Positions 53,278 to 61,152 of a stretch of DNA of 61,152 bases are shown here, piece by piece. The stretch lies in the IMG/VR virus record IMGVR_UViG_3300034118_000426, one strand, 5' to 3'. The notes beneath the pieces were generated by a model, which saw only the letters and a list, made by a program, of their open reading frames with translations, ran no database searches and was not told the origin of the DNA. The number at the start of each line of letters is the position of its first letter. Position 1 is the first letter of the stretch. The position numbers and the translations under genes were made by a program. This DNA comes from an uncultured virus (IMG/VR IMGVR_UViG_3300034118_000426). Taxonomy: Duplodnaviria; Heunggongvirae; Uroviricota; Caudoviricetes.

Positions 53278-54897
53278 TCAAGCGACTGATCTAACTACTT
53301 CTGAAAACTCTACACCAGATCTGGTAGCAACAAAAGTAATCGTGATGAAGTTAATTGAACGTGTTGGTTTAATATAAAGTTCAGCAACAAATTCGTTTCT
53401 ATCAATTACATCTGGGGTGTTGTTTGTAGAATCACATACTACAAGATAATCTGTGAGACCTCTTTTTGCCTGAACTTCAGAAAGATATGAAGCTGCTGCG
53501 GAATAGAAAGAAGTTCTGGTCGTTTCATCATTAAGTTCAAACATTACAGTTCTTGCTAGTTGACCAATTCTTTTCTCTATAGCAAGGAAAAGACGACGAA
53601 CATTAATTCTGTCGAAAGCACTTGGAGTTGCTAAAGCAGTTTTATCACCAAACAGAACAGTTCCCTGACCTGGGAATGTAGCAATTGGATTAATTCTCTT
53701 AAGATATAATTTATCCCTGTCTGCTTTTGATGGAGCAAAGGCAAGTTTTACAACATTTTTAATGTTACCTCTGCTAACACCAGCGGGAGAGAACCAATCT
53801 TCTAAAGTGGCGGAAGTCTCTACGCAGAGACCAGCAACGTCTCCATTACATGGAATGTAACGATAAACGTCATTATACTTATCATAGAGATACTTGTATC
53901 CACTATCAAACACAGCGTATGAACTGCTGCTACCCACACCGTCGAAGAAAGTGATGATATCATCCCTTTTCGCTGAACTAGTGGAGAGTGAAAGCATTCC
54001 ACTGTGGGGTGAAACAAAAGCAATACAATCTTTTCTGGAACCAGCAAGCGTAATAACTTTTTGTGCTTTTGTGATTTGGTCTGCTTCTACGGCAAGATTA
54101 CCACCAGTGAGAATAAAATCAATTGAAATATTTTCTGTGTCATCGAAAAGATCATAAGCTGCTGTGATGTTGGCAACTGTTGTAGTGTAAGCATCAATAC
54201 CACCAGAAAGAACTACGTCGGATTCTCCAGCAGCTGCATTTTCTGGTCCAGCATAAATGTATTTTGAACGAGAATTGATTACGTTCTTATAAAAAATTGA
54301 ACCACCCTGCGAATCTTTTGCGGTTGATACGCGAGAAACATATAAAAATGTTTCTAAAATGTTGTTGTTAGCATCTAGAACCGCGATGTGAAGATCATCA
54401 GCTCCACCTGGATCAAGAGCAATTGTGCTCCAAAGAACCGTGCCGTAAATAGTTGCTGTTGCGTAGTTAGTAACGCCACCATCTACAATAGCAATCTTGA
54501 GACCATTTGCCCAAGTTCCTGCTGTTCTAGCAGCAAATTTAAAATCATATGTACTAAAAGCTGCTTCAAATGCGTCTGTATCTTTGATAAGAACTGGTGT
54601 TGCAGTTGTATCGTCGCAAGCATTTTTTAAAGCACTGTCTTCAATTCTTACGACATTTAATTGACCACCGTATGAAAGGAAGGATTGAGATACAAACCAA
54701 TCCTCGTAATTGTTTGCGTTAGGGGCACCGAATGTTTCTAATAATTCTCTTTCTGAAGCAATGCCGACAATTGATCCTACTGGACCCTGAGCAAAGCTAC
54801 CAACCAGAGCAGCAACATTTCCTTGTTGATTCACAACTGTTTGATTGGTTAAATCACGTTCTCTTAGAACAATTCCAGGTGATACTTGACCTGCCAT
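53278..54897 (-). CDS. g18: Tail sheath protein (gp18)
   Basis: VSPGI; WFSPAG; FDRINVRRLF; IKPTRSINFI. Confidence 0.97.
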   Translation of the reverse strand: MAGQVSPGIVLRERDLTNQTVVNQQGNVAALVGSFAQGPVGSIVGIASERELLETFGAPNANNYEDWFVSQSFLSYGGQLNVVRIEDSALKNACDDTTATPVLIKDTDAFEAAFSTYDFKFAARTAGTWANGLKIAIVDGGVTNYATATIYGTVLWSTIALDPGGADDLHIAVLDANNNILETFLYVSRVSTAKDSQGGSIFYKNVINSRSKYIYAGPENAAAGESDVVLSGGIDAYTTTVANITAAYDLFDDTENISIDFILTGGNLAVEADQITKAQKVITLAGSRKDCIAFVSPHSGMLSLSTSSAKRDDIITFFDGVGSSSSYAVFDSGYKYLYDKYNDVYRYIPCNGDVAGLCVETSATLEDWFSPAGVSRGNIKNVVKLAFAPSKADRDKLYLKRINPIATFPGQGTVLFGDKTALATPSAFDRINVRRLFLAIEKRIGQLARTVMFELNDETTRTSFYSAAASYLSEVQAKRGLTDYLVVCDSTNNTPDVIDRNEFVAELYIKPTRSINFITITFVATRSGVEFSEVVRSVA

Positions 54898-54985
54898 GTT
54901 TGTCTCCTCGTGAAGTAGTTCATTTTTTAACTACAAATATTTATTAAAATGAGTATCTTCATTGGGGAAACAACGCATGAACAAT

Positions 54986-55213
54986 TTACCAGTCAGGATA
55001 TTCCCATAATTTAGGTGGTTTGACCACACGTTTTGCCATAATTCTTTTTATGGTACATTGTTTACATTCGTATGAATACGAAGAAGGTAAATATTTTTTT
55101 GATTTTCTAATAACATAGTAATCTGTCATGAGGTCTTTTGTCTCTCCACAGACCCTACACGTTCTTTCTCTAAACAATAAATGTTCTAGTGAAAATTCGT
55201 CTTCTAAATCCAT
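54986..55213 (-). CDS. Zn-ribbon hypothetical protein
   Basis: CRVC..YSYECKQC..WEYPDW. Confidence 0.8.
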   Translation of the reverse strand: MDLEDEFSLEHLLFRERTCRVCGETKDLMTDYYVIRKSKKYLPSSYSYECKQCTIKRIMAKRVVKPPKLWEYPDW

Positions 55214-56877
55214 TAGAACCCTAGCATGTATTCTACGTCTGAAAAAGGATTGCCATACCCATCGGTGTACCAAACGTTTCCGTCTTCATCAATAAATTTT
55301 TCTTCGGCATCTGTAATACCATCAGATACAAATCCAAACGGTGCCATGTCTTGTTCGATTTGATTCTTCTGTTCTTCGTAGATGCGTTTACGAACATCGT
55401 TATCAGTCATCTCCCTAAAGTAAGGTTGAACCGCTAACCACGAGAATAGAACTAGACACATCACAAGGTCATCGTTGTATCCATCATCAGCTTCGAAAGA
55501 TTGATTCTTCTGAATGAATGTGGTAAGCTCACTGATGATTTCGTAGTCTGAGATTAGGAGTTTATCATCTTCGATCAATGTCTTTAAGTTAGAACATCCA
55601 ACCTTCTTAGTAACTTTTGACATCTTTAGACCAAGTTGAGATTTGGTGCCAGAAAATCCCTGACCTACAATTTGACCTGCTCTACCACGCATGGCACACA
55701 TCAAAATGTTTGGATACTCCAAATCATAATGGAGAATGTTTGTTACCTGTTCTCCAATATCATTGACTTCCGCTAAGATGTATGCTTTATTGTAGTTCTT
55801 GGCAACCTGTTCGATAATGTTGGGAAACAGGATAGGTTTGATTTCGTTATTTCGATATTTAGCAACAACCTTCCAAGGTAGTGTGGTGATATCAAATACA
55901 ACAAAAGCAGAGTAATCATTGTTGGTTCCCCGCGATACGTCAACCGTCATGATATAATCGTGATCTGGTTTTGCTTCCTCGTATACCTTTAATCCTTTAC
56001 TATTATCTTGTATAGGATCTTCGAATACCATCGAGCGTAACTTAGACGCTGAGATCAAAGTATCAACCGATCCAAGGAACTCACATTCAAACTCTTGTGT
56101 GAACTGCCTCTCAGAGGTGTTCCTGATCGTCTCTTCTTTCCACTTCTCATCTCTACCAGGAACTGCGCTCCAGTGAACTTCAAGTGGCACATATCCGTTC
56201 CTACCGCGCTCTGCGTCGTGCCACAGCTTGTAGAACATGTTCATACCCTGTGGGGTAGAAATGATAATAACTTTTGTTGTTTTACCAGACGAGATAGTAG
56301 GATATACAGACGAGAAGAACTGTTCCGCCATATGGTTAGGAACGAACGCAAACTCGTCAAGGAAGATGATGTTGAAAGAGTTTCCTCGAACAGCAGATGA
56401 TGATGTGGAAGCAGCAATAATCTTGGAACCATTATCAAGTTCCATGGAACCTTTGTTCCATGCTACAATGCCTTGCTGCATCCACTTGGGCAGATTTTCA
56501 TATGCTAACTGTAAACGAGACAGAAGTTCTCTTGACGTTTCTGCTTTGTTTGCTAGAATAGCAATCTTAATATTGTCGTTGAATACTGCGTAATGAAGTA
56601 GGTATGAAATAACAGTGGTAGATTTACCAGTCTGTCTTGGAAGTTTCGCAATATTAAATCTATGATTGTGAAAATTTTCAATAAGTTTCTCTTGAAAATC
56701 ATACATCTCAAAGGGAACAAGACCTTCATCGAGTGAGATGATCTTTACATAGTTTTTTGCGAAGTAAACTGGATCATCTTTACATTTGATGAACTCTTCT
56801 ACTTGTTCTTTTGTAAAACTAATGGCGGTATTAGCTTTCTTTAAATTAGGATTACCAAGATATACTGCGTCACTCAT
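55213..56877 (-). CDS. g17: Terminase large subunit (gp17)
   Basis: PRQTGKST; LDEFAF; QEFECEF; DDLVM. Confidence 0.98.
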   Translation of the reverse strand: MSDAVYLGNPNLKKANTAISFTKEQVEEFIKCKDDPVYFAKNYVKIISLDEGLVPFEMYDFQEKLIENFHNHRFNIAKLPRQTGKSTTVISYLLHYAVFNDNIKIAILANKAETSRELLSRLQLAYENLPKWMQQGIVAWNKGSMELDNGSKIIAASTSSSAVRGNSFNIIFLDEFAFVPNHMAEQFFSSVYPTISSGKTTKVIIISTPQGMNMFYKLWHDAERGRNGYVPLEVHWSAVPGRDEKWKEETIRNTSERQFTQEFECEFLGSVDTLISASKLRSMVFEDPIQDNSKGLKVYEEAKPDHDYIMTVDVSRGTNNDYSAFVVFDITTLPWKVVAKYRNNEIKPILFPNIIEQVAKNYNKAYILAEVNDIGEQVTNILHYDLEYPNILMCAMRGRAGQIVGQGFSGTKSQLGLKMSKVTKKVGCSNLKTLIEDDKLLISDYEIISELTTFIQKNQSFEADDGYNDDLVMCLVLFSWLAVQPYFREMTDNDVRKRIYEEQKNQIEQDMAPFGFVSDGITDAEEKFIDEDGNVWYTDGYGNPFSDVEYMLGF

Positions 56878-57103
56878 TTGCTCGTTTAATATCCTTTTCT
56901 ATATCGTCCATACTATTTAATCTTTTTTCCCACCCATCGCCTTTGGTGGTTCCCTGTGCTGGGTTGATACAAGTATCATCTCCAAATTTATCACAAACTA
57001 AAGAAGCGAGTTCAGTTTCGTTTCCCTTCTTATTTGTGCCAGCCCAGAAGTGTTGTCCTCCAATCCAGCACGCCCCACACTTAGGGCAGGTTTTGGTATC
57101 CAT
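56870..57103 (-). CDS. Cys-rich hypothetical protein
   Basis: CPKCGACW..LVC..CINP. Confidence 0.75.
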   Translation of the reverse strand: MDTKTCPKCGACWIGGQHFWAGTNKKGNETELASLVCDKFGDDTCINPAQGTTKGDGWEKRLNSMDDIEKDIKRANE

Positions 57104-57180
57104 AAGTCTTACCATGAGACGGTAATGCTATTATATAGGTAAATGTATGTTTGTCAAGTTACAAATGACACATATTTGTG

Positions 57181-57909
57181 TCAGCAATTCCAAGCTCTTA
57201 ATGACTTATTGATACGTGAATCTGGATCTCTTGCTGTTTTCTTTGAAGTTAGTTTCTTTTTCATGCCTTTCATTCTGGCACAGAATGACGCCCTGCGGGG
57301 ATTTCCAACCTTTTTTGAAGGTGCCTTAAGGTCGCTTCCAGGATTCTCACGTTCGTAAGATTTTCTGCCTTTTTCATTCAGACCACCCTCTGAATTTTTA
57401 CCAGACTTTTTTGTCCAAGCAGCTCCCTCAGCAACATACTCTTCATTCTTGCTGCTCATATAATCAGCAGCGGTATCAATATAATCAGCAGCGAGCGTGA
57501 CCTTAGATTGAACCCATCCAGGTAGTTGCATCTTTGGATCTTGAACAATCAAACGAAGACGGTTAACAGCATCTTCGATCGTATCAAGTTGACTCATAAT
57601 CATTCCACCTTCGTCATCAATCTCTTTGCCCATAGCAACAGCGATGTGATTCTCACAAATCTCACGCATTTCTTTGACGGTTCTTTTCTTTTTGTGTTGT
57701 GCTTTTAGTTCTTTTTCCATCTTAAGTAAGTGAGTATAGTAATCTGGGAATTCATCTAAATGCTGGAGAGCAATACCATATGCTTCTTCGTGTGTAGTGA
57801 CATGCTCTCGCTCTACAGTAGAACCAACTTCTGCCTGTTTGATAATAGTTTCAACAGACACACCATGCTTCTTGGCGATTTCTTTTTCTGTGGGAACTTT
57901 CTTTTTCAT
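57181..57909 (-). CDS. Multi-motif phage protein (DUF5661-like plus DUF6321-like segments)
   Basis: VEREH..IALQHLDEFPDYY; WVQSKVT; GGLNEKGRKSY..RRASFCARM. Confidence 0.75.
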   Translation of the reverse strand: MKKKVPTEKEIAKKHGVSVETIIKQAEVGSTVEREHVTTHEEAYGIALQHLDEFPDYYTHLLKMEKELKAQHKKKRTVKEMREICENHIAVAMGKEIDDEGGMIMSQLDTIEDAVNRLRLIVQDPKMQLPGWVQSKVTLAADYIDTAADYMSSKNEEYVAEGAAWTKKSGKNSEGGLNEKGRKSYERENPGSDLKAPSKKVGNPRRASFCARMKGMKKKLTSKKTARDPDSRINKSLRAWNC

Positions 57910-59294
57910 TAGTAAATCTCCCTCCATTGAAGTGCTGCTCTAATTGTTCCAGAGTTATTACCAATATTTGTTGCTAACACAACATATACTTCTGATGAAG
58001 TAGAGTCAAAATTTTGAACAATAATGTTTTTCTTGGCAGCAGAAATAGAACCTGTCGAAGCAGACGACAAAGAGTTCTGTGACGAACCAGCAGTTACAAA
58101 ACCACCAAATAAAGCATCACCACTTCCTACTGTATAACCAGTAGCACCAACTGAATATTGAACGCCACTATTGGTATCAACATCGGTCCAATTAAGTGTG
58201 CCAGTCAAGTTTGATTGACTTGGTAATTTAACAATTTGGAATGAAAATGTTTCTCCAGAAGGATACAAAGAAATATTATTTAACCTAACCGAAATTCTGT
58301 TGGGGTAAGATTGAAATGTATTTTTCAAACGAATTGCCAATACTGGTAGAGTAGCACCACCAACAACTGACCTAGATGTCGTCATCATATACATGAAGTC
58401 AATACCACTTTCAACATATCCACCTTCTGACATAACAGTGGAACAAATCTGATCAAATGAACCACCAGATGTTGTACCTGTGTTTAGTATCTCACATCTT
58501 ACTGGTAGATTAGGATTTGCGATATAAACTTCATCAAGTTCATTAGAACAATAATATTGGTGTGCTAAAATAAGTTGCCCATTATGAACAAAACCACAAC
58601 GAACTCTACCAACTCCCAACCATTGGAAGTCAATATAAACTAGTTGTGTTTTTGAAGTATTGATGTTGAAACCAGAAACACCAGTTCCATCACACTTATC
58701 AATGTTCCATTCTGATTGTGGAACTCTTCTTTTGTAAGTTCCTGATGTTGCTTCGCTAGCAGTGCCACTAACATAAGAACGAACAACAAAGTTTAGAGTG
58801 CCATTGGTTGTTCCGTTGGCAGTAGCATCACCAACTTGCTCAAAATAGATACCATCTCTATCATCGTAGTATCCAGTTCTTTTGGTTACATTCTGTTGAG
58901 CATAACCAAAACATACCGAACTGTAAATCATCTGTGACTTACCAGGCTGGTAATGATGATAAAACTTAGTTTGGTGAACAACACGAGAAGTGGTGTTTGA
59001 TGTGGTTGCTAAAGTAGCACAAGCCTTATTGATATTATATGTTGCTGTGCCGCCATTAGTTAAGTTATCAAGAAAGTTTGGGTCAATAGCATAAAGGTGT
59101 TTGTAATCACCCAGAGTAAATGATTCAGTAACTTTGAGACGACCAAAAGCATCTACTGCTGTTTCACTAAAAGATACAGAAGCACCAGAACTACCAGGCC
59201 CCACATTGCCGTTTGCGTCGGCAATCATGACTACCTCAAAGTTTGTTTTTTCCTGTGGTAGGAAATCTTCGTAATGCTTACTATACTGTGCCAT
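57909..59294 (-). CDS. Probable virion structural protein
   Basis: DAFGRL; YQPGKSQ; IDFQWLGVGRVR; late-operon context. Confidence 0.75.
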   Translation of the reverse strand: MAQYSKHYEDFLPQEKTNFEVVMIADANGNVGPGSSGASVSFSETAVDAFGRLKVTESFTLGDYKHLYAIDPNFLDNLTNGGTATYNINKACATLATTSNTTSRVVHQTKFYHHYQPGKSQMIYSSVCFGYAQQNVTKRTGYYDDRDGIYFEQVGDATANGTTNGTLNFVVRSYVSGTASEATSGTYKRRVPQSEWNIDKCDGTGVSGFNINTSKTQLVYIDFQWLGVGRVRCGFVHNGQLILAHQYYCSNELDEVYIANPNLPVRCEILNTGTTSGGSFDQICSTVMSEGGYVESGIDFMYMMTTSRSVVGGATLPVLAIRLKNTFQSYPNRISVRLNNISLYPSGETFSFQIVKLPSQSNLTGTLNWTDVDTNSGVQYSVGATGYTVGSGDALFGGFVTAGSSQNSLSSASTGSISAAKKNIIVQNFDSTSSEVYVVLATNIGNNSGTIRAALQWREIY

Positions 59295-59539
59295 CAGATT
59301 GAATACGCGACTTTAGCTGCTTTAAATGCCGCGCCTCCTTCTAGTGTGTCTGTAGAATCTTTTTCAACATAAGCAACTTCATTTGCCGCCATTGTGAAAC
59401 TACCAATCGTAGCGCCAGCAGAATCCTTACGAGTTACTACCGCTGCTGTGCTGGTATTAATAACTCTAACAACAGTTGCTGAATCAACATTAGTAGCTGA
59501 GGTGAGCGTTGTTTCCGCCGCCAATACTTTAATGAGCAT
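59294..59539 (-). CDS. Hypothetical protein
   Basis: ATVVRVIN..VEKD..; ATAAATA late promoter upstream. Confidence 0.75.
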   Translation of the reverse strand: MLIKVLAAETTLTSATNVDSATVVRVINTSTAAVVTRKDSAGATIGSFTMAANEVAYVEKDSTDTLEGGAAFKAAKVAYSI

Positions 59540-59559
59540 TGTATTATTCCGTTTATTTT

Positions 59560-59967
59560 CTATTTATTCTTGGCGGCATCTTTAATCATCTTTTGAAGAT
59601 CTGCCGTTGTGCCAATAAACATTGTATTATTGACAGTAGTTGGTGTTGATTTTTTGTCTTCTTTGCCAAGATTTTTCATCTTGTGCTGAAGGTCAATCAG
59701 TTTGTCTGTCATGTCTGAGACCTGCTTCATAGCGTTCACAGCAACCTCATACGCTCTAGGGTGCCCCGACTCCTGAGCAACCTCTAAGGCACCTTGTACC
59801 GCCTCCTGACCCTGTGATATGAGAGTGTATAACTGCCCTCTGGTATATTCATAATCTTTGTTGGCATCAATGCTAATTTCGCTATTTGCTTGTGTGATCA
59901 TTTCAGTTGTTTCTTCAATCGGTGTTATGTCAAAAATTTCTTCCATGTTGTCTTCAAATTTACTCAT
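59560..59967 (-). CDS. g16: Terminase small subunit (gp16)
   Basis: DYEYTR; HPRAYEV; FIGTTADLQ. Confidence 0.93.
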   Translation of the reverse strand: MSKFEDNMEEIFDITPIEETTEMITQANSEISIDANKDYEYTRGQLYTLISQGQEAVQGALEVAQESGHPRAYEVAVNAMKQVSDMTDKLIDLQHKMKNLGKEDKKSTPTTVNNTMFIGTTADLQKMIKDAAKNK

Positions 59968-60761
59968 AGTAGTGTAATTCCCTCGTTAAATCCAAAGTCA
60001 TCGTCTGGCATTAGAAGCGCATCATCTGCTACATCAACATCACCATCTGCGTCTTGATCCGAAAGAGCTTTTGGTGTTACATCGTAACGAACTGCTCTCC
60101 TATGTTCTTGGAAATCGCCAAGACTTTCAAATACTGTCGCCTTGCGAATGATTTGGGAATCTGTGACTGGACCATATAAGTAAGTTTTTAATGTGAACGA
60201 CAATGTATAAATGATAGCTCTTCTACGCATCATATCATCTTCATAATCATCCTCGTAACTAATATTGTTTAAAATAATTGGTAAATCTTTTTTTTCATCC
60301 ATCTCAGGAATTAGATTTACTGTGACGTTGAAAGATGGTTGAAAGTATGGTAGAATTTGCTCAAGAATTTGTAGAGCGTCATCTTGATTCTTTGATAAAA
60401 TACCAAGTTCAAATTCAAGATTATATGGAACAGGCATATACTGAACACTTACTGAATCAGCATCTGCCTTTTTTAAATACTTTTGAATTGGGGAAGTTTT
60501 CCTTGAAGGATCGTAGGTTATACTAGTCATCTCAAAAGAGATGCGAGGCATTGTAATACTTACTTTGCGCTCTGTGCTTGGATCTTGATCTAGACGAGCA
60601 AGGAATTTACTCTTGGGACCATAAGCAAGAGCAACTTTTTCTTGACGAATTACTGCGTTAGTATCTGGATCTCTCTTTTCAACTTGAATGTTGTTGAAAA
60701 TAGTTCCAAATGCTTTTACATTTTTTTTAATAATTTCGTGATAAAAATGATTTCCTAACAT
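59964..60761 (-). CDS. g15: Tail sheath stabilizer (gp15)
   Basis: FGTIFN; AYGPK; QILEQILPYFQP. Confidence 0.95.
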   Translation of the reverse strand: MLGNHFYHEIIKKNVKAFGTIFNNIQVEKRDPDTNAVIRQEKVALAYGPKSKFLARLDQDPSTERKVSITMPRISFEMTSITYDPSRKTSPIQKYLKKADADSVSVQYMPVPYNLEFELGILSKNQDDALQILEQILPYFQPSFNVTVNLIPEMDEKKDLPIILNNISYEDDYEDDMMRRRAIIYTLSFTLKTYLYGPVTDSQIIRKATVFESLGDFQEHRRAVRYDVTPKALSDQDADGDVDVADDALLMPDDDFGFNEGITLL

Positions 60762-61150
60762 TAGAATACTCCCATATCTCCATATTCACCAAAAGGATTG
60801 TCCTCGTTAAAATCAATAATTAAATTAGCTTTATCTTCATACCACTTATTCTCGGCATTGTCATAATTGTCAATTTCAAAATCAATAGTGGAGAAAGTAT
60901 CTACAATCCATGATGCGTTACTTGTTTGCCCAATTAAAACAACATTTTGTTGTAAATCACCATTTATATATGTTAATCTCAGTTTACGAGTAGCAGCAAC
61001 CCATTCGGCAACTGTTGCTTTAGTAATTGTTGGTACTCCTCCAACAGTATAAGTCTGTCTAACTTCTTCTCCAACAACATATGTTCCTGTGCCACCAACC
61101 TTTACTGTTACAGGGAATACATGGGATTCTTGTGTGAGATCATCAATCTC
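60761..61150 (-). CDS. g14: Neck protein gp14, C-terminal part (5'-truncated)
   Basis: Open minus frame ending ..IIDFNEDNPFGEYGDMGVF; synteny with g15. Confidence 0.85.
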   Translation of the reverse strand, partial: EIDDLTQESHVFPVTVKVGGTGTYVVGEEVRQTYTVGGVPTITKATVAEWVAATRKLRLTYINGDLQQNVVLIGQTSNASWIVDTFSTIDFEIDNYDNAENKWYEDKANLIIDFNEDNPFGEYGDMGVF

Positions 61151-61152
61151 AG

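Overview
61 kb of a T4-like cyanomyophage (Kyanoviridae-type; freshwater origin is an inference), almost all on the minus strand. From 15 kb to the end it is the conserved T4 core: nrdA/B, primase, mazG, gp41, uvsX, gp43, hsp20, regA, clamp and loaders, dam, cobS/cobT-like, gp46/47, gp55, uvsW/Y, gp3 and head/tail/terminase genes gp23-gp14. The first 15 kb is accessory and holds the unusual material. (1) An array of 23 tRNAs, including Thr(AGU), a long-variable-arm Ile(UAU) and several with mismatched stems, is interleaved with several structured non-tRNA RNAs: a tRNA mimic with two T-arms and no anticodon loop, a 97-nt RNA in two copies with compensatory changes, pseudoknotted RNAs and a wcaG-like RNA. 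(2) A tandem glnA-type glutamine riboswitch with an NtcA-like box lies upstream of two unannotated DUF4278-like peptides, resembling host gifB control. (3) A C39-peptidase gene and a lysozyme gene are joined by an A_AAA_AAG slippery site followed by an 11-bp stem, a probable programmed -1 frameshift. (4) Also present are hli genes, an SLH/porin-like protein, an orphan Phd/YefM-like antitoxin, an HNH nuclease and many tiny membrane-peptide ORFs. All calls are from reading the sequence by eye; no searches were run.
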